Virus record (IMG/VR): IMGVR_UViG_3300027896_000016
DNA from: an uncultured virus (IMG/VR IMGVR_UViG_3300027896_000016)
Lineage: Duplodnaviria > Heunggongvirae > Uroviricota > Caudoviricetes
Strand: one strand, 5' to 3'
DNA: 64,000 nt
Positions 37,806 through 47,885 of this stretch are shown here, piece by piece. How positions within the stretch are numbered: position 1 is the first letter of the stretch; each line of letters starts with the position of its first letter. A program made the position numbers and the translations under genes. The notes beneath the pieces were generated by a model. That model ran no database searches, was not told the origin of the DNA, and saw only the letters and a list, made by a program, of their open reading frames with translations.

Positions 37806-40790
37806 TTACCAATTGGCGTCAGTAAACGTAATAACCGCAGCACCGGCAGTCTGAACAATACCGGCAAGAGTACAATTGGCAACTTTATAAGTTGCTGAAT
37901 CGACACCACCGTTTATAATACTGTTTCCACCACCGCCACCATAAACTCGCGTTTCGGCAGTCTTAAACAATGTAACATTCGCGCCAGTGACAATACTAAG
38001 AGTTCCTTCAATCGTGCAATTAGCAAAATAAAGCGCGGCTATCGCAGCAGCCCAAGTCGGGGCGTTTGTATAAAGCAGGAAGTTATTAACAAAAACACAG
38101 TTATGATAATATACACTAATATTTGTGCCAGTAATAGTAAATGTACCAGCAGTCTTAGTAAACATACTAAACGCTATTTCAATAAAACTTAGTTTAGTCT
38201 TGATCGCAAAAGCGCCACCGGGATTGAGCGTAAGAGTACTGGCAGCATTTGCAGTAATAAAAAGATCAGCCGTCGTAAAACTGCAATGTTCAAGCAAAAC
38301 TGTTCCAGAACTAGGGGTAAACGTCAAAGTACCATTCTGATAAGCTCTGCCAACTATCACGGCATCAACACGCTTAATAATTGGAATAACAGTTCCGGTA
38401 ATCGAAATAATATCTGCAATACCACCAAGCGAGCCGGAATCAGCATATATTACAGTCGAATCAAGAGCGTTAATATTAAAATTAATTACCCCGCCACTAT
38501 GTGTCACGGTAGATGCAAGAGAACTACCATAAGACCTCAAACAAACATAATTTACACCTTCCATCATACCATTGAAATTAATCGTTCCGGTACTAATCGT
38601 CGCTGTCGCACCATCGGAAGCGTGAGCAACAGCGGCAATTGGTTTAACATTTGCAGCAGCACCAGAACGCTCCTGAAAACCATCCAAATATAATGAATGT
38701 GTTCTGGCATTCGTAGTCGCAATACTGGCACCCGTTGCAGAATAAAACATCGCTAACGCAGTATCAGTGCTTGTATTGAATGAATAATCATTGAAAACGC
38801 AATTTGCAATCGCAACAGAACTGTCATCAATTGCACCAACCGCCGCGCCAGGAGTCAAAACTGTTCCCGCACCAGCAGCATAGAACTGATAGAATTTGCT
38901 CAGATAAGAACGAATAAATCTTGCATAACCACCATTGATAATCATGGCACCGCCGGAAGCGGCATATTGCAAACAAATCATTCCGTTTTCATGCGTCAAT
39001 CTGTCAACTTGTAAATTAAAGAAATCCTTGGAATTAAGTAAATTCCCGTTCAAAATAACGTTTTTAAACTGTATCATGCCACCATTGCCAGCACCAGCGG
39101 TAAACGTGAATACATTTGTTATAGTACTACCAACACGACAATCATCAAAACTAAACATAGCATATCTTGCAGCACCAACAGCCCAACTTGCCGTGCGTCC
39201 AAGAACACTTACTTTTTCAAATCCGTGGAATGTATCGGCAGTAGGAACAATTTGAGCAACAGGAATAATTGTATCGCAATCTCGCCCACGACCGGTAATA
39301 ATAAAATGCTTGTCAATCAATAAATTTTCTGTCCTGATACCCGGAGTACCTTGAATATTGATACGTATGGGATTAATTAATTCGCAAGTAATCGCACCAC
39401 CAGTTTGCTGAAGTTCACGATCAACAGCAATTGTAGCAGTAGCACCAGTAAAACCAACAACTCGATAAAAATTATTCAAACCTGGATTAACTGTAACATC
39501 GGTTATATGCAAAATCCATCCAGCATAAGCGTCATTTACCAATGAAAGTCCAGCACCGGCAAGAACACTGGTATTTCCACCAGCAGTCATATTTGCGGTA
39601 AGCGTAGGAACAACAATGGCATTTTCAGTTGCCGCAACCGCAGCAATCGTTGGATAACGTCGATTGCCAACACGATAAACTATATCCTTAGTCGTTAAAT
39701 TCCAAGTTGCAAGAGCACCGGTAAGCTCTGTCCTATAGAAAGTATCGTCAGCATAAATAACCGCTGCACCACCAGCACCAATCGGAATTGCGGCGGCAGC
39801 AGAAATGTCTACGTCAGTGATATTTAGCGTATAACCGGCAGCACCAGCACCGAATATTGTTGCACCCATACCAGTAAAATTAACTTGGTCAATTTGCAAC
39901 ATCAAAGTACTTGCGCCAACAGAATTTGCAAGAATTCCGCCCGCAGCGCCCAAAATTGCTACGTTTTCTAGTTCAACAAAATTAGTCGCTGCGCCGGTCA
40001 TGGCAAAACCGGTTTGAGCATTTGCAACGTTTATTCGCACTTTCTTTAATAGCGCGTTATTGCCAATAAAGCTGCCGCCATTGAATGTGATCGTAGGCAG
40101 AATGCCAGCAGCATTACCAGTACTGCCGGTAATTATAATTTTGCTTATATTAGTATTTGCCGCTAATGCGGGCGGATCGGCAGATAATTGAATAATGCCG
40201 CCTTCACGAAGATTCAAATAAGTTGCGGCAGCTTCTATCGTAGCATAATCAACAGGAACGTCTACTATATCCCCATTTGCACCAACACCAGCAACAATTT
40301 CGTCAATTGCATTCTGAACGTCTGTGCTAACTAAGCCAGAAACAGTATTATTGTACGGTATACCGCGAGCGCGACGTGTTAATTGTCCACGCGCGTTATC
40401 TTCGCCATTATTTTGGTTGGTATTATATAATACAACCGAGTAATAAGTTTCATAGCTATTATGCATATCGGGCTTTTTAACAACTACTCTAGGTGGGGCA
40501 ATATAATTCAGCGTCATACCAGTATAAAAGGCATTCAAAGCCGTTGCAAGCGCAGTAGTAGTTTGTGCGCTGAAAAATTGAATGACAAACGGATTATAGG
40601 CGGCAATCGCAACATCACTATAGCGTATAACTATTCGATCCGGTGGACTAATATCCATCGCATCTTCGTCAATACCGTACTCATAATCCCACAAAACATA
40701 AATAGGATTTGCCGCTAGCCAAGCATTTGCCTGAACAACGGCAGAACCAAGAACTGAATTGGACTGAAAAACTACGTTTGCTAGAGCCAT
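37806..40790 (-). CDS. large spike protein with probable beta-helix domains
   Basis: SGLVSTDVQNAIDEI fibre motif; VPVDYATIEAA and YPTIAA beta-helix caps; Ala/Gly/Thr/Asn-rich. Confidence 0.75.
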   Translation of the reverse strand: MALANVVFQSNSVLGSAVVQANAWLAANPIYVLWDYEYGIDEDAMDISPPDRIVIRYSDVAIAAYNPFVIQFFSAQTTTALATALNAFYTGMTLNYIAPPRVVVKKPDMHNSYETYYSVVLYNTNQNNGEDNARGQLTRRARGIPYNNTVSGLVSTDVQNAIDEIVAGVGANGDIVDVPVDYATIEAAATYLNLREGGIIQLSADPPALAANTNISKIIITGSTGNAAGILPTITFNGGSFIGNNALLKKVRINVANAQTGFAMTGAATNFVELENVAILGAAGGILANSVGASTLMLQIDQVNFTGMGATIFGAGAAGYTLNITDVDISAAAAIPIGAGGAAVIYADDTFYRTELTGALATWNLTTKDIVYRVGNRRYPTIAAVAATENAIVVPTLTANMTAGGNTSVLAGAGLSLVNDAYAGWILHITDVTVNPGLNNFYRVVGFTGATATIAVDRELQQTGGAITCELINPIRINIQGTPGIRTENLLIDKHFIITGRGRDCDTIIPVAQIVPTADTFHGFEKVSVLGRTASWAVGAARYAMFSFDDCRVGSTITNVFTFTAGAGNGGMIQFKNVILNGNLLNSKDFFNLQVDRLTHENGMICLQYAASGGAMIINGGYARFIRSYLSKFYQFYAAGAGTVLTPGAAVGAIDDSSVAIANCVFNDYSFNTSTDTALAMFYSATGASIATTNARTHSLYLDGFQERSGAAANVKPIAAVAHASDGATATISTGTINFNGMMEGVNYVCLRSYGSSLASTVTHSGGVINFNINALDSTVIYADSGSLGGIADIISITGTVIPIIKRVDAVIVGRAYQNGTLTFTPSSGTVLLEHCSFTTADLFITANAASTLTLNPGGAFAIKTKLSFIEIAFSMFTKTAGTFTITGTNISVYYHNCVFVNNFLLYTNAPTWAAAIAALYFANCTIEGTLSIVTGANVTLFKTAETRVYGGGGGNSIINGGVDSATYKVANCTLAGIVQTAGAAVITFTDANW

Positions 40791-40844
40791 TGCACTAGAC
40801 TCCCTTCGCTAAAATGCCTAACTTCCCAAAACTAGCCAAACTAA

Positions 40845-41621
40845 TCATGCCACGCGCATAATCAGGTGTAATTCGACGTAAGCCGGTATATTGTTAGCCG
40901 GATCAATCGCACCTACCAACGGGTGATTATGATCTAATTCAAGAGTAACACTATTTGCATGAGAGCCGTCAGCAATTATACTGTGAGTATGATTCGCCAC
41001 AACACTAACAGAATGATTATGTACCGGACTCGCAGTAGTTATTGTATTGACATGCACTATTTCATTATCTGTATATAAACTTCCACCCCAAGTATGAGAA
41101 TGCGTCCCAGCATTTGCAGTATCGGGCATACTATGTCCGTGTGGTTCGCCAGGAATTGCATTTGCGCCCGGTGTACTTCCTAAAGTAGTGGGAATCGAAC
41201 CGGAAAATATACCACCAACACCATGAAAATGATCTGGTACTGTATTAGAAGAAGCCGATCCTACAAGAGTATGATTATGCGTAGTAGCATTTGTTACGTG
41301 GGTATGTCCAGCAACGTTTCCTGTTGCTGCTCCATGACTATGAGTACCGGCAGCACCAGAAACCGCACCATGATCGTGATTAGCAATTGTGCTAAAAGTA
41401 TGAGTATGATTTCCAGCTAAATCAACTATAACAGTTCCTAACGCATGATTATGAGTGTTCAAACCGCCAGCAGCACCGCCCGGACCAATACCTATTGGCG
41501 CTCTTACCATTAAATTGCGCATATCAATAGTTCCGGCAGTACCATCGCATAATTGCCAATCTGCCGGAATAGAAGCTACACTTCCAGGCCAATAAGCTAT
41601 AGAATTTATGGGCAGCTTCAT
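40845..41621 (-). CDS. tail-collar-domain fibre with HxH repeats, triplet C member
   Basis: WPG..IP..WQLCDG..DMR; many HxH; NIPAY.ELH. Confidence 0.8.
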   Translation of the reverse strand: MKLPINSIAYWPGSVASIPADWQLCDGTAGTIDMRNLMVRAPIGIGPGGAAGGLNTHNHALGTVIVDLAGNHTHTFSTIANHDHGAVSGAAGTHSHGAATGNVAGHTHVTNATTHNHTLVGSASSNTVPDHFHGVGGIFSGSIPTTLGSTPGANAIPGEPHGHSMPDTANAGTHSHTWGGSLYTDNEIVHVNTITTASPVHNHSVSVVANHTHSIIADGSHANSVTLELDHNHPLVGAIDPANNIPAYVELHLIMRVA

Positions 41622-41631
41622 CGTTCAAACC

Positions 41632-42516
41632 CTATACTTTTATAATAAAATGCAATTCCCTGTACACCGGAATATTGTTTGCACTAGCAAAAGCACCGCC
41701 CATTGTGTGTGTGTGATCTGGATCTACAGAAATCGTATGACTATGATCCGCTTGCAATGCAACAGTATGTGCATGATCTGCCTGAGTACTTATAGTGTGC
41801 ATATGGTCCGAATCCATAGAAACCGGATGCGTATGAGAAATTTTATTTCCAGTTACTTGTCCACCAAGAAAACTATGAGAATGTCCACCACCTACTTGAG
41901 TATTTATTCCCCCTAATCCATGAAAGTGAGCTGCTGGGACACCTGTTCCGCCAGCAGCAGTATTTGTAACCGTTCCGGCAACGCCAGTAAAACCAGCACT
42001 AAAACCATGTAAATGTGAATTACCATAAGCCGCTAAAAGACTTGAAAGACCATGAACATGCATATCCTCCGCGTCTGTATTTCCACCATGATCGTGAGCA
42101 CCGTTTAATCCAGTATTTCCAGTATGATTATGAGAACCGGAATCCCCTGTAACACCAGTATGACTATGAGAACCGGCAAAACCTGATAATCCACCATGAC
42201 TATGAGCACCAGCACCTAAAGTCGCTAAAGTACCATTTGTATGAGTATGGGTATTAGAACCTCCAGAAGTACCACCCGGACCAATGCCTAAAGGAGTTTT
42301 TGCAAAAATCCCTCGCATATCTGGATTGATTAAACCCAAAGCAGTCAAACTTGCATATATCGCCCCATTACAATAACCCCAACCCGAAGGAATTGAAGCC
42401 ACATTTCCGGGCCAATGGACAATAACACCTATTGGAACCTCTGACGGTGGCAATATGCTACCAGTTCCAGATTCGACTTGAGCAAATGTACCAACACCTA
42501 AGCCACGAGAAATCAC
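41632..42516 (-). CDS. tail-collar-domain fibre with HxH repeats, triplet C member
   Basis: IPSGWGYCNG..PDMRG; NIPVYRELHFIIKV. Confidence 0.8.
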   Translation of the reverse strand: MISRGLGVGTFAQVESGTGSILPPSEVPIGVIVHWPGNVASIPSGWGYCNGAIYASLTALGLINPDMRGIFAKTPLGIGPGGTSGGSNTHTHTNGTLATLGAGAHSHGGLSGFAGSHSHTGVTGDSGSHNHTGNTGLNGAHDHGGNTDAEDMHVHGLSSLLAAYGNSHLHGFSAGFTGVAGTVTNTAAGGTGVPAAHFHGLGGINTQVGGGHSHSFLGGQVTGNKISHTHPVSMDSDHMHTISTQADHAHTVALQADHSHTISVDPDHTHTMGGAFASANNIPVYRELHFIIKV

Positions 42517-42518
42517 AT

Positions 42519-43397
42519 TTAAACCTTAATCATAAAGTGTAATTCTTTGTAAGCCGGAACATTGCTCACAATCGTTAAAGAACCACTTATTGAATGGGTA
42601 TGAGCCGCTTGTACACTTATATTATGACTATGATTATCTTGATTATTTATAACGTGCAAATGATCCGCTTGTAATGCAATAGTATGTTTAACATTCAAAA
42701 CAGAAACTATCGGATGCATATGGGCACTTTCGTTTTGTACAGCTTGACCAATAGTATATGAATGCGTATGATCTCCAACAGGAAAAGTATTACCGGATAA
42801 GGAATGCACATGATCTGCCGATATATTTCCTGCAACAGAAGCAGTATTAGTACCTACACCAGAAGATCCGGTACTTCCAGCGAGTAAATGTTGATGTCCA
42901 CCACCTAAACCTGTATTTACAGTATTTAAAAGATGCCAATGTGCAGTTCCGGCACCGGTTAATCCACCATGAGTACTATAATCATCATCTGCCGTATTTC
43001 CAGTATGATCGTGAGAACCGGCATTTCCGGTATTTCCACCATGACTGTGAGTACCGGCTAATCCCGAAACACCACCATGAGAATGAGAATCGGCCAAATC
43101 TGCCAATAAAGTACCATTTGCATGTGTGTGTGTATCAGAACCGCCAATTGTGCCACCCGGACCAGTTCCAGACGGCGCTTTTGCAAATAAACCTCGCATG
43201 TCGGGATTAACCAAACCAACAACAGTCAAACTTGCATAAACTGTTCCATCACATAAAGCCCAACCTGCCGGAATCAACGCAACTGCCAAAGGCCAATGAA
43301 TAATAGTTCCCACCGATATACTAGGCGACGGTAATATTACACCGCTACCGGAAGAAATTTGAGCAAAAGATCTTATACCCAAACCCTGAGAAATCAA
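42519..43397 (-). CDS. tail-collar-domain fibre with HxH repeats, triplet C member
   Basis: IPAGWALCDG..PDMRG; NVPAYKELHFMIKV. Confidence 0.8.
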   Translation of the reverse strand: MISQGLGIRSFAQISSGSGVILPSPSISVGTIIHWPLAVALIPAGWALCDGTVYASLTVVGLVNPDMRGLFAKAPSGTGPGGTIGGSDTHTHANGTLLADLADSHSHGGVSGLAGTHSHGGNTGNAGSHDHTGNTADDDYSTHGGLTGAGTAHWHLLNTVNTGLGGGHQHLLAGSTGSSGVGTNTASVAGNISADHVHSLSGNTFPVGDHTHSYTIGQAVQNESAHMHPIVSVLNVKHTIALQADHLHVINNQDNHSHNISVQAAHTHSISGSLTIVSNVPAYKELHFMIKV

Positions 43398-43399
43398 GA

Positions 43400-43735
43400 T
43401 TATTCCCCAATTTGAGTTACGGCAATTAGGCCAACACCTGTTTTAATATATACTTGAACGGTTTCATCTATGGAATATTCAACATAACCACCGTTACCAT
43501 CACCAGGATTAATTTCTGCCTTTAATCTATTAGATCCACCAGTTGGAGTAAAAGAAACTTCAATAACATTGACCGACTTATTTTGTATTCCGACAGCCTT
43601 ACGTTTTAATAATGGCACTATAGTACCAGTTCCAGCACCAATATTAAATAAAGCGATAGGCGGTGCGACGGAAGTAAAATCGGTTATAACTGCCTGTTGC
43701 GGAGTTCTTAGATTAACGCCTTCTGGAGTAGCCAC
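43400..43735 (-). CDS. small beta-rich structural protein
   Basis: RKAVGIQNKS...IEVSF pattern; adjacent to the capsid cluster. Confidence 0.65.
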   Translation of the reverse strand: MATPEGVNLRTPQQAVITDFTSVAPPIALFNIGAGTGTIVPLLKRKAVGIQNKSVNVIEVSFTPTGGSNRLKAEINPGDGNGGYVEYSIDETVQVYIKTGVGLIAVTQIGE

Positions 43736-43765
43736 TTTTAGTCTCCAAAACTTAGTTTATTTTAT

Positions 43766-44455
43766 TTAGTCGATTTTGCGCGGATCAAAATTGTCGTTAT
43801 CAAGCCACATCCACCCAAAGATCCTTGCCGAAGCAACAGTTGCGCCACCAGTATTGTTAACTATAATAGAAAGTGTCTCTTGCTCACGTAAAATAAAATG
43901 CGAATTTGCCAAATCTGGCATTGTGATAGAGTTATTACTATAATCAGTAGTAAGCAAAGTGCTCACAGGATAATTTATGTATTGATTCGCGCCATGATTA
44001 ATTCTAAATGTAAGATTTGCCCAATTTGCCACGGGAGCAGAATAGCCAAATCGTGTTATAATACCCTTGAATCCTGTTGGTATCGCAAAAGATAGAACAG
44101 TTATATTATTAGTCAATGCCGCTATCGCAGTACTTTTAGCTTGCATATCGATAATAATACTACCCCAAAACGGAGCATAGTCCTTTGGCAACACTATATA
44201 ATATGGGTTCTTATGAACACCCCGAATAGAATCTATCAATTGCTTCCAAAGTGAAATAACCCATGTAAGAGCACCTGGGAATATTTCATCATAAGCAGGT
44301 TCCGCTGGAATTATATTTTCATTTGATTTCTTTAGGTCATCTGCACCAGCTTCTTCTTTTAAGGCATCAGCCCAAAAAGGATTTTGAAATTCGCCAAGAC
44401 CTTTATTATCATCTGACGGTTTGGGCCGATTATCTGGTCTTCGTCCAAGAGCCAT
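43766..44455 (-). CDS. putative jelly-roll minor capsid/penton protein
   Basis: FAIPTGFKGIITRF...LREQETLSIIVNN...ARIFGWMW strand pattern. Confidence 0.5.
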   Translation of the reverse strand: MALGRRPDNRPKPSDDNKGLGEFQNPFWADALKEEAGADDLKKSNENIIPAEPAYDEIFPGALTWVISLWKQLIDSIRGVHKNPYYIVLPKDYAPFWGSIIIDMQAKSTAIAALTNNITVLSFAIPTGFKGIITRFGYSAPVANWANLTFRINHGANQYINYPVSTLLTTDYSNNSITMPDLANSHFILREQETLSIIVNNTGGATVASARIFGWMWLDNDNFDPRKID

Positions 44456-44470
44456 GAAAATGCCCCTTAT

Positions 44471-45349
44471 TTACCGAACGTAAATCCGCGTTGCACCGAA
44501 TGTAAAGTAGATCGTATTACTAAAAACAGCAGAATCATTCGTAAAGACCACTTCCATAACCGTATCGCGTTCAGCTAAATAGCTTGTCGGTAGAATATGT
44601 GGATATTCAGCAGTACCAGCACCACCAACATTACTAATTGTACCAGACATCAAACTTGCTCTTGATCTAGAATCCTTGATTTCATAATGAAACGGTTGAT
44701 CGGAAACCGACATTATTTTCTTTATTTCCAAATGACCTTCAGCATTGATTGAAAAATTGACGCTTCGAATTTCGCTAGGATTCAAAACTATCGGCACGTC
44801 GCTTGTTAACCAATATGGCGTCATAACAAGATTTTCAGATATCTTTGCTGCCTTGATTTCATCGAAAATACCACGCGGCGCGGATTGCTCGTAATATCGA
44901 ATACCGGAGAGATAAAATTCCAACTGATTAGCAAGACCAGAAAGGTCCGTCGCTGAAATCGTCAAAGATCTTCGTTGTTCAAGGAATACCCAATGAGGCA
45001 GAATATATGGTCGCTGACCAGAACCCATAACCGTATTTATATGACATGGCCTATTCATCCAACGTCTTCGTGCGGCAGTATCTTCGATTTCAATCGTACA
45101 TGGTGCTGTGCGTCTTCCTTGAACAAAAACACATTCCATCGGACCTTCTTGCGAAACTGTCATAGGTGTAGGTGCAGAAGGACCGCCAGCAGGAATAGTA
45201 ATTGTACGATTGGGATTATTCGTAGTTAGCCAGAAAGGACGAATCAAAAATTTATAGGAGTTTACGTTTGGAATCGGGCGCTCACCGGGTCGTTTTGTCC
45301 AAAATACTGATTTAGTAAGATCTGGATTTATCTTCTTGTTTTCTGCCAT
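44471..45349 (-). CDS. putative capsid protein made of two tandem homologous beta domains
   Basis: PFWLT/PYWLT, IEIED/YEIKD, G...PYILP/G...PHILP, GIRYY/ATRIY. Confidence 0.55.
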   Translation of the reverse strand: MAENKKINPDLTKSVFWTKRPGERPIPNVNSYKFLIRPFWLTTNNPNRTITIPAGGPSAPTPMTVSQEGPMECVFVQGRRTAPCTIEIEDTAARRRWMNRPCHINTVMGSGQRPYILPHWVFLEQRRSLTISATDLSGLANQLEFYLSGIRYYEQSAPRGIFDEIKAAKISENLVMTPYWLTSDVPIVLNPSEIRSVNFSINAEGHLEIKKIMSVSDQPFHYEIKDSRSRASLMSGTISNVGGAGTAEYPHILPTSYLAERDTVMEVVFTNDSAVFSNTIYFTFGATRIYVR

Positions 45350-45401
45350 TGCCGAATCCCCTTATTTGTTTGTGCGTCGTCTGCACAAAACACTGCGTAT
45401 T

Positions 45402-45460
45402 AAAAAAGAACAAAAGAAGGGGTGGGAAGAGGTTTACTTATAATTTTCTTCCCACCCCTT
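45402..45460 (-). terminator. intrinsic terminator after the putative major capsid gene
   Basis: 14-bp stem AAGGGGTGGGAAGA/TCTTCCCACCCCTT, then CTTTTGTTCTTTTTT on the minus strand. Confidence 0.75.
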
Positions 45461-45510
45461 GCTAACCTATATTACCGATGTAATACAAATATAGCCAAAC
45501 AATAATAAGA

Positions 45511-46152
45511 TTACAGGCTGCTATAGTAAATCCCGAGCATGTACACAGCAAGGTTCGTAGCAGCAGTCAGAACCGGAACCGTTGTCGGGAAATCCAACCG
45601 AACGCTGAAAGACTCGTTCGAATGAATGCGGATCGGATTCTTGCCAACCGTAAAGTTCAGATAATTACTGACATGGGCAACACCATTCCGGTACGTCGAA
45701 AGAGTCGTTGCGCCAACAGTCGTTGAAACAATACCGTCCTTACCAACACCGGACGGAACGTAAATCAGCGGAACAATCAGCCAAGGACGATTCTGGCCGA
45801 AATAGAAGCTGAATACTCCGTTGTTCACGAGTCCATCATAATCCGCCTGTACGATATTGACCGGGAATTTAATTTGGAAACCGAATACGTCAAACTGATT
45901 CGGCGTTCCAAGCTGCCCGGCCTGTGTCATATTCGTGTGGATCGCAGTCTTATTGACCGCGCCCGCAAGAACCTGTCCCTGCGGAACCTGGAAGAAAGAC
46001 AGGCTATTCACGCCCGCGCCATCGACCGGGTACTGACTTGTGTCATAAAGCGGCTGCTTCAACGGACGGAGATAAGCCGGGGGCGGCTGCGTACCAAGAA
46101 CAACCTGATAACGCGGACGCGCCTTTTTGACTGTCTTGACTGCACCTAGCAT
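45511..46152 (-). CDS. putative single jelly-roll major capsid protein
   Basis: PLYDT...FFQ...TNM.QAGQL..P..F.V.GF pattern; all-beta; distinct C-ending codon bias; own terminator. Confidence 0.55.
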   Translation of the reverse strand: MLGAVKTVKKARPRYQVVLGTQPPPAYLRPLKQPLYDTSQYPVDGAGVNSLSFFQVPQGQVLAGAVNKTAIHTNMTQAGQLGTPNQFDVFGFQIKFPVNIVQADYDGLVNNGVFSFYFGQNRPWLIVPLIYVPSGVGKDGIVSTTVGATTLSTYRNGVAHVSNYLNFTVGKNPIRIHSNESFSVRLDFPTTVPVLTAATNLAVYMLGIYYSSL

Positions 46153-46364
46153 GGTTTACACTCCATTCCAAGAAAGGTATCTGGTTTTCTGCGCGAAAAA
46201 CCGTGTTATTTAGATCCTTTCTTGTCCGACAAAGCGTTAAAACTAAATTTATCCCACAAGAGATAAATAATTAATCTTAACGTTTTGTGTCTTTCCTATT
46301 TGACACTCTTGCTCGCTACTAGGCGCATTGGAGCAAAACTACATTTTTCCCAATGGGATGAATA

Positions 46365-47873
46365 TTAGAACTCATCATTACCATAAATTTCCATTTCCGC
46401 GCTCATTTCCTTTGCCGAGCTAACATCGGACGGACTGATATACTCAGAAAGCGTCTCAGCACTTTCGAGCATCTTCGGGTCCATATAATCGTCCGTACCG
46501 TCCAATGACGCCATCTGAGAATCAATTTCGGCCTCAATTGCACTTCTCAGATCGTCGTCATTGGCATAATACTCCACGCCACTAATCTTCGTCCCAGGAA
46601 CCGGCGACGTGATTCCGAACTTAACAAGCAAGTCCTGAATCAGAGTTAGTGTAGTATAGAGCAATCCGCCGAAAATCATGTTGCGAGCAAGACGTTCATT
46701 CTTCACAACCTTGCTTGCAGCAAGACCAAGCAATGCAGAACTGCCGAAATTGCTCAACAGGCGATACCACATAGCATAAGGAGATGCAGTTGTCTTCAGC
46801 GTATTCTGGATATAATTGGAAACTGCTACCGTTCCAACAAATCCAAGACCCGCTTCGCCAACGTCCATCAAATTAATGCCATGCGTCCACGTTGCGACCA
46901 TCGACCGAACGCCACCCATACCGAGATTCATGCCGAAAATCTCGAAATTCTTGCGATAGCGGCGACAAGACCGGCGACGTGTAGACCGACGCCTTCGCGG
47001 ATTCAGATTAAGATATTCATTCCGGCGATAGCGCCGAACTTTCCTACGACGACGATTCTTTGTAACACGAATCGAACGCGGCATCATACCTTCAATTTCG
47101 CCCTTACCAACTGAAATACCATGTGCCGATTTGAAATAACGGGCCAAACGCCTTGCACTAACCCGAGGCGAGCGGCGACGACTTCCGCGCCGACTTCTCC
47201 GACGAATAATCCGCCGTGTCTTCAGTTTCCTACGTCTTCCCCGCTTGCGCGGCCTACCAACACGCCGCCTATGCGAAGATTTGCGACGACCTTTATGCCG
47301 CCTTCGGCGTCGAAGCATTCGAGACGCCTTGCGAACACCATACTTCTTTACGAGCTTCATATACCGACGAAGTTTTGCTGATTTCCTCCGACGCCGACCC
47401 ATCGGGTGCTTTCTCCAACCTCTCTTAGCAGCACCCCTATGACGACGGGCAACGCCCTTAACTTTGCGCTCTTTCCAGTAATTCGAAACAAACGGGTTTG
47501 CTTCCATTAGATTTCTCCTGAGTGCCTTCCTGTGCCGAATACGCCGAACATGCCGAACACGCCGCTTGAAATTCCGCCTAATGCGCCGCTTAAGACGCCG
47601 CTTTAGACGCCTTTTCAAACGCCTCTTACCTTTCTTCCCTTTGCGAAAATGCTTCTTCGCACCTTTTACACCATACTTTTTAACCAATTTTGCCCATACA
47701 CTCTTTGCGCGTCTCTTTCGACCTTTTCGCCTTACTTTGGGATTTGCAGAAAGAGACTTGATAGCAGATTTATCCCCACCTAATGCTCTTAGGTGTAAAT
47801 CCGAAACGTTCCGGCGAAATTTCTTCATTCGCCTTCGACGCCTTGACGGTGGATTAAACACTAGACCAATCAT
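46365..47873 (-). CDS. Arg/Lys-rich protamine-like core protein with C-terminal membrane domain and acidic tail
   Basis: about 310 aa dominated by R/K and punctuated by Asn; then hydrophobic helices. Confidence 0.8.
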   Translation of the reverse strand: MIGLVFNPPSRRRRRMKKFRRNVSDLHLRALGGDKSAIKSLSANPKVRRKGRKRRAKSVWAKLVKKYGVKGAKKHFRKGKKGKRRLKRRLKRRLKRRIRRNFKRRVRHVRRIRHRKALRRNLMEANPFVSNYWKERKVKGVARRHRGAAKRGWRKHPMGRRRRKSAKLRRYMKLVKKYGVRKASRMLRRRRRHKGRRKSSHRRRVGRPRKRGRRRKLKTRRIIRRRSRRGSRRRSPRVSARRLARYFKSAHGISVGKGEIEGMMPRSIRVTKNRRRRKVRRYRRNEYLNLNPRRRRSTRRRSCRRYRKNFEIFGMNLGMGGVRSMVATWTHGINLMDVGEAGLGFVGTVAVSNYIQNTLKTTASPYAMWYRLLSNFGSSALLGLAASKVVKNERLARNMIFGGLLYTTLTLIQDLLVKFGITSPVPGTKISGVEYYANDDDLRSAIEAEIDSQMASLDGTDDYMDPKMLESAETLSEYISPSDVSSAKEMSAEMEIYGNDEF

Positions 47874-47885
47874 CAAGAAACTCCC

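Noticed and set aside
40845..43397. tail-collar fibres as proof of a tailed phage
   Set aside because: Fibre modules move between virus groups, and no core head-tail genes are recognisable in the complete late arm.
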